This document shows, piece after piece, positions 1-7,119 of a DNA stretch of 24,978 nt. The notes beneath the pieces were generated by a model, which had not been told where the DNA came from, did no database searches, and worked only from the letters and a program-made list of their open reading frames with translations. The stretch comes from a virus (lineage: Duplodnaviria; Caudoviricetes): positions 1 through 24,978 of the IMG/VR virus record IMGVR_UViG_3300007231_000044; one strand, given 5' to 3'. The first letter of the stretch is position 1. Each line of letters opens with the position of its first letter. Position numbers and translations under genes: made by a program.

Positions 1-665
1 CTAGAGCCAACAGATGTAATTTTAAGCCAGTCATTATCTGATGTAGACTCCTGATCTATGTTAAATGTTCTACTGCTTCCTGTTTGGTCTAGCCAAAAGT
101 AGCCTCCTGCGTATCCGTCTCCATCGTAGGTGACAACATTATCGTCTCCATCAATGTCCATGTAATTAGTGGCACCATCTACATCTATAGATGCAGTAAT
201 GTTATTGCCACCACCTTGCACAGTCCAATCTAAATCTAAGCTTGCTGCTAGTGCAGTCATGGCATGATTCAAAGTCATGGTGTTGGTATTGCCTGTGACT
301 TGTACGTTTACATTAGAACCATCAGCTCCAGTAGCGTTGGTCTCATCTGTACTCATATTGAACGTATTTGTGTCGCCAATAAATGAGAAGTAACCTGTGT
401 AGTTATCTGCCCAGATGTCTCCTAAGAATTTATTGGTATTACCTTTTTGTAATATATCTAAGGTCATAGTTGCACCATCGATATCTAATGCAGTCATAGA
501 ACCAGCAGCTGCGTCAGCTCCACCAATGATGTTGCCACTACCCCCAACTTGTTCGATATCTAAATTAGATGTAGCACCTGACTGATCTATAAATATCTCG
601 TTGTCAGCTGCATAAAAAGGTGTTGCTATTAAAAGCAACAATATAAGTAGTCTATTTGTTCTCAC
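1..665 (-). CDS. Secreted curlin-like (CsgA/CsgB-like) beta-solenoid repeat protein, 3' end outside window
   Basis: Not in the ORF track. Manual translation from GTG at 665 (GGGAG 7 nt upstream) stays open to base 1: MRTNRLLILLLLIATPFYAA-DNEIFIDQSGATSNLDIEQVGGSGNIIG...LDILQKGNTNKF...FSFIGDTNTF...VNVQVTGNTNTM...WTVQGGGNNIT...MDIDGDDNVV...WLDQTGSSRTFNIDQ. It has a Sec signal peptide plus degenerate (Q)xGxxN repeats, and overlaps the csgG stop by 14 bp. Confidence 0.75.
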   Translation of the reverse strand, partial: MRTNRLLILLLLIATPFYAADNEIFIDQSGATSNLDIEQVGGSGNIIGGADAAAGSMTALDIDGATMTLDILQKGNTNKFLGDIWADNYTGYFSFIGDTNTFNMSTDETNATGADGSNVNVQVTGNTNTMTLNHAMTALAASLDLDWTVQGGGNNITASIDVDGATNYMDIDGDDNVVTYDGDGYAGGYFWLDQTGSSRTFNIDQESTSDNDWLKITSVGS

Positions 666-1464
666 TTCTTTGCTCCCAATACCCTAGTTCTAACCCTTCG
701 AGTATTGTTTCTAAGACCGCTGTTTCCACAGCAGCCTGTAATGCTATATTTACTGATTCATTTTCTACTATCCCGCTCTCAATTTCAACTAATTCAGTGT
801 TGTTACTGTAGAACTTAAATACGTCTTGTGATATAGAAGCACTCAATACACTCTTGGTTACTAATACTTCTAACAAAACTTTACCTGTGCTCACTGAAAC
901 AGTGCGTAAGGAAACAGTAATACTGTCCTGCCTGTATTCTTTTGATGCACCTATACCAAGATACCTGGCCCCAGCTCCGCCACTCTTAACATTAGTTTCA
1001 TAACCTATAACTCCACCTTGCATAAGAAGCCCTGCAAACAATAAAGGTTTAAGCTTTTGTTTTTCTTCGAAATTTTCTCTGGTTGTACGTATGAGCTGTC
1101 GTTCTTTAGTCAGATCGTCTAGGCCTTTGCGCTCTACTACATCAAAGAAGTTTGAATGTTTAAGCGCTCTTATTAAATAAGCATCGGGAGAGGAAGTAAT
1201 AGCTGTACTAAAACTAGCGTACTGACTATTAGATCTACGTTGGCCTGTATTATCTTGAAAACTTTTTGCATAAACGGCAACGATAGGTTTTTTGACAGGG
1301 GGTCCAATGTCTTTAAGTCCTTGTACAATTAAAGAACTTACTTCTGCAGGTTCAATGTCCCGCATTGGAGGTATACCATTGTCTAATGGGTCTACAATTA
1401 AAGCACAGCTAGAAACTAAAAGAACCGAGAGGAACAGTAATTTCCGTTGTATTGCCTTCTTCAT
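652..1464 (-). CDS. csgG: Curli production assembly/transport outer-membrane pore lipoprotein CsgG
   Basis: Lipobox LVSSC (Cys20). Motifs VAVY..FQDNTGQ...FSTAI, LIRALKHSNFFDVVERKGLDDLTKERQLIR, GGVIGYETNVKSGGAGARYLGIG, YRQDSITVSLRTVSVSTG and E.E.G...NE correspond to the CsgG motifs I know from E. coli. Confidence 0.93.
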   Translation of the reverse strand: MKKAIQRKLLFLSVLLVSSCALIVDPLDNGIPPMRDIEPAEVSSLIVQGLKDIGPPVKKPIVAVYAKSFQDNTGQRRSNSQYASFSTAITSSPDAYLIRALKHSNFFDVVERKGLDDLTKERQLIRTTRENFEEKQKLKPLLFAGLLMQGGVIGYETNVKSGGAGARYLGIGASKEYRQDSITVSLRTVSVSTGKVLLEVLVTKSVLSASISQDVFKFYSNNTELVEIESGIVENESVNIALQAAVETAVLETILEGLELGYWEQRSENK

Positions 1465-1879
1465 CTGTAATTATTAAAGTTACCTTATCGTCTTCTACCC
1501 TATATTCTATGGTATTACCTTCTAATTCTAAAACACCAAAATCAGATGAGGACTCACCAAATAAATTATCTACCAGCTGTCTACTGAGCTGTGCATATAT
1601 TCTACTCTCTAGGTTACGTATGAACCTAGCTAATGTTGTGTTCTCTGCTTCTCTTTCTAAGTCTTCTTGATAGGCTCTAATCTCTTCTCGTACAGCTTCT
1701 ATCCTGTTGAACTCTTGATTTTCTATAGTTAGATAGTGACTAGATGTATTCTGCCCTGAGAAACTAGGGCTTTTAAACTTGTGCGTCATTTCATCAGCTT
1801 GAACTGATAAAACAATAAACATAGTAAGTATGATAAAAGATATAAACAATATTTCGTCAGGTCGTTTAGGAGCCATCAA
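1409..1879 (-). CDS. csgF: Curli assembly protein CsgF-like
   Basis: Signal peptide ending VQA. The mature N-terminus DEMTHKFKSPSFSG resembles CsgF GTMTFQFRNPNFGG. It also has an FIRNLESRIYAQLSRQL helix and C-terminal beta strands ending TEITVP, and lies directly upstream of csgG. Confidence 0.85.
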   Translation of the reverse strand: MMAPKRPDEILFISFIILTMFIVLSVQADEMTHKFKSPSFSGQNTSSHYLTIENQEFNRIEAVREEIRAYQEDLEREAENTTLARFIRNLESRIYAQLSRQLVDNLFGESSSDFGVLELEGNTIEYRVEDDKVTLIITDEEGNTTEITVPLGSFSF

Positions 1880-2226
1880 TCTTTCCTTTGATCGTCTCTG
1901 TCAGCTTTAGCGATCTTATCTATATCAATAAGATTAGGAACTCCTAAGATTGTTTTAATCATAGTGTCTTGTCTAATGATTTCATTATCAAGTGATCTGA
2001 TCCTATCTATCAATGCCACTAGTATTCCATGTTGAGAGTCTAGCTTGCCTCCTAACCTTTCTTCCATTGCTGCTATTTGTACTGCAACTTTTTCATCTAA
2101 GACGTCTAGCTTTGTTTCCATGCCATCAATAATTCTATTGATAAGTTTCCATATAAAAAAACCTAAACCTAGTGCCGCCGCTATAGGGAAGCCTACTTCA
2201 TTAATAAATGTAACTGTCTGTTCCAT
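1876..2226 (-). CDS. Small single-TM membrane protein with coiled coil (YvrJ/BhlA-like N-terminus), first gene of the curli-like operon
   Basis: INEVGFPIAAALGLGFFIW hydrophobic helix followed by a heptad-like charged segment. ATGA overlap with csgF. Confidence 0.7.
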   Translation of the reverse strand: MEQTVTFINEVGFPIAAALGLGFFIWKLINRIIDGMETKLDVLDEKVAVQIAAMEERLGGKLDSQHGILVALIDRIRSLDNEIIRQDTMIKTILGVPNLIDIDKIAKADRDDQRKD

Positions 2227-2238
2227 ATTCTTTTGTAA

Positions 2239-2267
2239 ATTATACTCTTATTGGAACCATCTGCGAA
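2239..2267 (-). promoter_or_regulatory. Putative sigma70 promoter for the curli-like operon
   Basis: On the minus strand, TTCGCA (2267-2262), a 17 nt spacer, then TATAAT (2244-2239), 12 nt upstream of the ATG at 2226. No Shine-Dalgarno sequence. Confidence 0.5.
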
Positions 2268-3696
2268 CTTCTCCAAGAACTTCGTTGCTGATCTTAACTT
2301 TACTCAATAGATTTTTAAGTATCTGTTCGTCAACTGTACCTTGTGATACTAAGTCTACATAGGTACAACTGCGTTCTTGACCAATCCTATGTATGCGGTC
2401 CTCTGCTTGTACCCTAAGTTCTAGGTCATAAGAGTTAGAGTAAAATATCATAGTGCTGGCTTCTGTTAATGTAATACCTCTACCACCTGTTTGTGGGTTA
2501 GATACAAAATATCTAAGTTCACTGTCAGGATCCTGGAACTTTTCTATAATATTTTGTCGTTCGTCCTGAGGTGTTTTGCCGTAGTAAGATGCTACAGAGC
2601 CTTGACCAAACTTCTCAGTAATAGCTCTTTCTAATTCTTGTATATCTGTCTGGAAGACGGCAAAGATTACAACCTTACCTGACGTTTCTTCTAATAGATC
2701 TAATACTGCTTGCACTCTGTTGTTCTTTAATATGATTGTCTCGCCATCCTCATTACGTAAGCTACCTGCTACTACTTGTTGTAGTCGCATAAGCTGAGTA
2801 AGTACGTTCATAGTCGAAAACAATTCATCATCTAATACCATTAATGCTTCACGTTTCATTGTGCTGTATGCTTTGCTCTGCTCCTCTGTAAGTTCTACAT
2901 GCCTTCTTACATAAACTTTCTCAGGTAAGTCCAAGCATTCATCTTTTATCTTACGTATAGAAAAATCCCTAATCGATTGTTGTAGTTCTTCTAACTTTTG
3001 AAAACCTACTATCTGTTGAAAGGCATGTTGCCCCATTTGTTTACGTTGAGTTATGGCATACCTGGCTTGAAAGGCATAGAAACTACTGAAGCCTAATAGG
3101 TTTGGTGATAAAAAATAACATTGTGAATACAGATCAAGAGGTGCTTTTGTTATAGGAAATCCTGTAAGTATTCTTCTGTAGTCGGCTAATGGTGCTAACT
3201 TAATAAGATGTTGTGTGCGTTTGGCTTTTGGATTCTTAATCGTAGTCGATTCATCTACGGCCATCATTACATCATGCGTAACCATAAACTCCTCTACAAA
3301 TTTACATGCCTTGACTGTAGCAAAAGCTTCTACATTGACTAAAAAAATATTAAGTGTGCCTTCACTAGGTTCGTTAACCATCGTCTTAAAATCATGTAAC
3401 CATTTTTGTGTGTGGTTTGGTTGCCATACTAATACGTTACGTTCTATGCGATCAGGTAAATGTTTATTTACCTCGTTAATATCCCAATTACGTAAATTAC
3501 CTTTAGGCGACACAATCAATAGCCCTGATATTTTACCTTCTTCAAATAAAATGCCTGCGTTGTCTAGGAGAATTTTTGATTTGCCTAAGCCCATTTCCAA
3601 AAACAATGCAAATAGGTTACGATGATAACTCTCTTGGAGAGTTTCTAACTGATGTTGATATGGTTCGCTCTTGAATTCGTAGTTTGTTATTTCCAT
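2248..3696 (-). CDS. SNF2-family (SF2) helicase/ATPase
   Basis: Walker A EMGLGKS, Walker B AVDES, motif III ILTGFP, motif V GGRGITL, motif VI QAEDRIHRIGQ. Confidence 0.93.
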   Translation of the reverse strand: MEITNYEFKSEPYQHQLETLQESYHRNLFALFLEMGLGKSKILLDNAGILFEEGKISGLLIVSPKGNLRNWDINEVNKHLPDRIERNVLVWQPNHTQKWLHDFKTMVNEPSEGTLNIFLVNVEAFATVKACKFVEEFMVTHDVMMAVDESTTIKNPKAKRTQHLIKLAPLADYRRILTGFPITKAPLDLYSQCYFLSPNLLGFSSFYAFQARYAITQRKQMGQHAFQQIVGFQKLEELQQSIRDFSIRKIKDECLDLPEKVYVRRHVELTEEQSKAYSTMKREALMVLDDELFSTMNVLTQLMRLQQVVAGSLRNEDGETIILKNNRVQAVLDLLEETSGKVVIFAVFQTDIQELERAITEKFGQGSVASYYGKTPQDERQNIIEKFQDPDSELRYFVSNPQTGGRGITLTEASTMIFYSNSYDLELRVQAEDRIHRIGQERSCTYVDLVSQGTVDEQILKNLLSKVKISNEVLGEVRRWFQ

Positions 3697-3745
3697 AAGT
3701 CCCGTCCTTTATTCTTCGTTATATATTCAAACACATCTTAAAGTG

Positions 3746-3773
3746 TTGCAATGTATTATATAGATGGTATAGT
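3746..3773 (+). promoter_or_regulatory. Rightward sigma70 promoter for the replication module
   Basis: TTGCAA (3746-3751), a 16 nt spacer, then TATAGT (3768-3773), with an extended -10 TG at 3765-3766. Confidence 0.6.
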
Positions 3774-3783
3774 GCATTGGCAA
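3755..3783 (-). promoter_or_regulatory. Leftward sigma70 promoter for the SNF2 helicase
   Basis: On the minus strand, TTGCCA (3783-3778), a 17 nt spacer, then TATAAT (3760-3755); near consensus. Confidence 0.7.
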
Positions 3784-3819
3784 CTTTAAGTTGATAACGA
3801 AATAAAGAAGGAGTGAGCA

Positions 3820-4392
3820 ATGACAAATATCAAAGATCTTTTTGAGAAAAGCACAACAAAAGCAGTAGAGGAAATATCAGAAGACTCTATCAAAGACCTC
3901 AGTGAATTATGCCAGAAACTATTAAGAGTAGAAGCAGAGGTTGGTAACACAGAAGAAAGACTAAAACGTTTGAAAGACCAACAAAGGGAACTTTCAGAAC
4001 AACTCATACCTGACAGACTGACACAACTAGGTGTGTCGGACCTTAAACTAAATGACGGTTCACGTATATCAGCTGAACCATTTTACAGTGCCAGAATATC
4101 TGTAGCGAATCTAGAAGAAGCGCACAACTGGTTACGAGATAACGGACACGGAGACATTATCAAAAACACTATGACACTTTCGTTTGGTCAAGGTGAAGAT
4201 AGTCTCGCAAAAGAATTGGTGGCATTGTGTAAATCTGAGGGTTTTGTACCTACAGAAAAAGAAGCAGTGCATCCAAGCACCCTGAAGGCATTTGTTAAAG
4301 AACAAATAGAATCAGGTAACGGTGAGTTTGACCAAGAGATACAGAAAAAGTTTTCTGTGTACCTCGGCAAGCGCACTAAAATTAATCGTTGA
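3820..4392 (+). CDS. Conserved phage replication-module protein (N-terminal coiled coil, C-terminal VHPSTLKAFVKE motif)
   Basis: Strong SD AAGGAG. The motifs WLRDNGHGDIIKN and VHPSTLKAFVKEQ recur in phage proteins encoded next to SSB and polymerase genes. Function unknown. Confidence 0.75.
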   Translation: MTNIKDLFEKSTTKAVEEISEDSIKDLSELCQKLLRVEAEVGNTEERLKRLKDQQRELSEQLIPDRLTQLGVSDLKLNDGSRISAEPFYSARISVANLEEAHNWLRDNGHGDIIKNTMTLSFGQGEDSLAKELVALCKSEGFVPTEKEAVHPSTLKAFVKEQIESGNGEFDQEIQKKFSVYLGKRTKINR

Positions 4393-4437
4393 ACGAAGAA
4401 AGAAGGAGAAAAAAATGGCAACGAAGAAAGAAGGAGA
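4392..4437 (+). repeat. 18-bp direct repeat flanking a start codon
   Basis: AACGAAGAAAGAAGGAGA at 4392-4409 and again at 4420-4437, with the ATG at 4415 between them. Confidence 0.9.
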
Positions 4438-5203
4438 GGGGACAGCCTTAACGTCCCTATTTGAAAACATCGAAGAGAAAGGTTTCGGAGATGTAGGTGC
4501 GGAAGACCTCAAGACTCCGCGTATCAGCATAGTGCAAGCAATGTCTCCGCAAAGACAAAAAGCCAGCGCAGATTATGTTGCAGACGCAGAGGAAGGAGAT
4601 ATCTTCTATTCAGGAAACAGTACCTGTGTAAATGGAGACAAAGGTCTTTCATTTTTACCTGTCTACTATAACAAAACTTTAGTCGAGTGGCGTTTGCGTG
4701 AGAAAGGTGGAGGTCTTGTAACCGTGCATCCTGCAGATTCAGATCTATTGAATCGATGCCAACGTGATAGCCAAGGTAGATTAGTTACGCCAAGTGGGGA
4801 AACCCAGCTGACGACAACTGCTAATCATTATGGTTACGCGCTTATTGATGATACACCCCAAAGGTGTGTTATTAATATGACTGGTTCACAACTTAAACAC
4901 TCGCGTAGTTGGAATACCCTGATACAGGGAACCAAACTGCAAGGTGCAAAAGGAGCTTATACTCCACCTGCATACTCGCATTGGTATCTTCTAAAGACTC
5001 AAGTGGAATCCAATGATCGTGGGTCGTGGTATAGCTATAATATTACGCAGGAACGGGTATTGGCCGAGAAAGAAATCGACCTCTTTAAAGAGGCAGAAGA
5101 ATTCTCTAAGTTTTGTTCCGATGGAGGAATGGACCAGTTACCTGGTCAGAAGACCTCCACAATAGAAGATAAGTCTGGGTCCAAACAGGATTGGGAAGAC
5201 TAA
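4415..5203 (+). CDS. Putative single-stranded DNA-binding/annealing protein
   Basis: Start moved from 4322 to the ATG at 4415 (SD AAGGAG). Motif DLKTPRISIVQAMSPQ, aromatic-rich beta segments, acidic C-terminal tail QDWED, position in the replication module, and a terminator after it as expected for an abundant protein. Confidence 0.6.
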   Translation: MATKKEGEGTALTSLFENIEEKGFGDVGAEDLKTPRISIVQAMSPQRQKASADYVADAEEGDIFYSGNSTCVNGDKGLSFLPVYYNKTLVEWRLREKGGGLVTVHPADSDLLNRCQRDSQGRLVTPSGETQLTTTANHYGYALIDDTPQRCVINMTGSQLKHSRSWNTLIQGTKLQGAKGAYTPPAYSHWYLLKTQVESNDRGSWYSYNITQERVLAEKEIDLFKEAEEFSKFCSDGGMDQLPGQKTSTIEDKSGSKQDWED

Positions 5204-5210
5204 CTTCATT

Positions 5211-5252
5211 AAGCTCCAGCATTCACTCACTCAATGCTGGAGCTTTCTTTTT
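5211..5252 (+). terminator. Rho-independent terminator
   Basis: Perfect 13-bp stem AAGCTCCAGCATT / AATGCTGGAGCTT with a 9-nt loop, followed by TCTTTTT. Confidence 0.85.
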
Positions 5253-5260
5253 GAGTACGC

Positions 5261-6850
5261 ATGGAAGAAATCGCAAATAAATTTAAGCAAGTATTCTCAG
5301 GATTAGAGAGAGCTCACGGTATATATGAAATCACGGGACAAAAGAACACCGCGAAAGGTGTTAAGAAAGACGGCAGAGGACGGACACTACAAGAGCCTTT
5401 GACGGTAGATCTTTGGGAGAGACATTTAAAAGGAGACCTGTCTATTGGTGTAATACCATTGACTGATGATGAGACTTGCAAATGGGGTTGTATAGACGTT
5501 GACGAATACCCCATAGATACAAATGAAATACTGCAAAGGATAGAAGAAATGAATCTACCTTTGTTGCCGTGCATGACTAAATCAGGCGGAGTACATTTGT
5601 TTTTATTTACCAAGGAACCGATATCAGCGTTTAAGTTCCAATCTAAACTAGAGGAGATAGCAGCAGCTATGGGAAGAACAGGAGACGAGATCTTTCCTAA
5701 GCAATACGAGTGGTCTAAACAACTACCGAAAGAAAACCAGACAGGCAACTGGTTAAACATGCCTTACTTTGCAGGAGAAGACACAACAAGATACGCACTA
5801 AAACCTGATGGGGAAGCTGCGGACATAGAAGAATTTTTTGATTTAGTAGATAAAGTATCTATAACCGAAAGACAGTTAGATAGTTTTATAGCTGTAAAGA
5901 AAAGCAGAAAGAAACAGATTACTAAGCAAGGCAGTATGTGGGATGAGGCCCCACCTTGTTTAATACACATGAAACTTAACGGAATACCTGAGGGTATGCG
6001 TAACAATGCCTTACTTAATTATGGTGTGCTCTTACGCAAAGTGCATCCTGAAGGAGAGGAATGGAAAGACAAACTCCAGGAGATAAACAAAACAGTTTGC
6101 ACAAAGGCTCTGTCTCACAGTGAGCTTAATACAATTATACAAAGCTTAGAAAAATCAGAGTATAGATACCAATGCGGTAAACAACCTTTGGTAGATTTTT
6201 GTCAGAGTGGTATCTGCGTAACTAGAAGATATGGCATTGATGCATCTGAGCGTGATCCTAACTTTGGTGGCTTGCGTAAGTATCTAACTGATCCACCGCT
6301 TTGGCATTTAGATGTAGACGGTAGAACAATTGTTTTAGATACAAAGCAACTGCATAACTTCTCTATGTATCAACAAAGATGTATGGAGGTTCTTAATATA
6401 TGTCCACCTGATGTAAAGAAAACAGATTGGGTAGCCAAGTTAAATGCTTTGCTACAAGACGTACAAGAAGTAGAAGTCCCTGCTGATATGACAAAGCAAG
6501 GGTTACTACAAGAAGCTATCTATGAATTCTGCAGACTGTCTGAGTCTTCTTCTAGATTATCTATCGCATCTAATGGTGTGTTTAGATACGAAGAGGACAA
6601 GACTAAGCAGTGGTGGTTTACAGGTAGAGATGCAGTGATCTTTATCCAAGAGTTTAAGAAGATGCGACACATAAAAGAAGCAGAGGTATTTACTGAGCTT
6701 AAAAACATGGGAGCTACAAACATAGCTAAATACATCGACAGGACTGTTGGTAACAAAAAGATTTGGATGCTAGACATATACGAGATAGATGAAGATGCTG
6801 TTGACTCTAGTGACTTTAAATCACAAAAGGAGCCTTTGGCATGGGAATAA
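5261..6850 (+). CDS. Archaeo-eukaryotic-type primase (prim-pol) with PriCT-like domain
   Basis: AEP motifs WGCIDVD, TKSGGVHLFLF and NWLNMPY, plus PPCL...GMRNNALLNYG (PriCT-like) and a Cys cluster C.K.PL..FC...IC. Confidence 0.8.
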   Translation: MEEIANKFKQVFSGLERAHGIYEITGQKNTAKGVKKDGRGRTLQEPLTVDLWERHLKGDLSIGVIPLTDDETCKWGCIDVDEYPIDTNEILQRIEEMNLPLLPCMTKSGGVHLFLFTKEPISAFKFQSKLEEIAAAMGRTGDEIFPKQYEWSKQLPKENQTGNWLNMPYFAGEDTTRYALKPDGEAADIEEFFDLVDKVSITERQLDSFIAVKKSRKKQITKQGSMWDEAPPCLIHMKLNGIPEGMRNNALLNYGVLLRKVHPEGEEWKDKLQEINKTVCTKALSHSELNTIIQSLEKSEYRYQCGKQPLVDFCQSGICVTRRYGIDASERDPNFGGLRKYLTDPPLWHLDVDGRTIVLDTKQLHNFSMYQQRCMEVLNICPPDVKKTDWVAKLNALLQDVQEVEVPADMTKQGLLQEAIYEFCRLSESSSRLSIASNGVFRYEEDKTKQWWFTGRDAVIFIQEFKKMRHIKEAEVFTELKNMGATNIAKYIDRTVGNKKIWMLDIYEIDEDAVDSSDFKSQKEPLAWE

Positions 6851-7119
6851 GTAGAGAAGAAATTTCTGGGTACGTAGAAGAATTAGGTATAGATGGCATT
6901 TTGTTAGCAGATGGATTAGAGGATGCTTTTATAGGTGTGTCGTGTGGTTTTGGTCCGAGTAAAGCTGTGTATGACTGGGATAAATGCGTAGAAATATTTA
7001 TGACTAGAGACAAAATGACCTACGAAGAAGCTGTTGAGTGGATAGACTTTAATGTAACAGGTGCTTATGTTGGAGAGCAAACACCAGAATTTATATTTTT
7101 ATATGACAAACGTAACTAA
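6841..7119 (+). CDS. Conserved hypothetical phage protein
   Basis: SD AAGGAG upstream. Pattern ADGLEDAFIG...AVYD..KC...MTYEEAVEWIDFNV.GAYVGEQTP, which I recognise from aquatic phages. Confidence 0.75.
   Translation: MGISREEISGYVEELGIDGILLADGLEDAFIGVSCGFGPSKAVYDWDKCVEIFMTRDKMTYEEAVEWIDFNVTGAYVGEQTPEFIFLYDKRN

Noticed and set aside
2227-2247. Prophage boundary with host curli genes to the left
   Set aside because: The gap is only 21 bp, there is no integrase, att-like repeat or tRNA, and no obvious composition shift. This cannot be fully excluded without flanking sequence.
4322-4414. Longer N-terminal extensions given by the ORF track (also at 7061, 10541, 20183, 20622, 21860)
   Set aside because: Most overlap neighbouring genes substantially, while the downstream ATGs have SD sequences, stop-start coupling or a better fit to the domain start.
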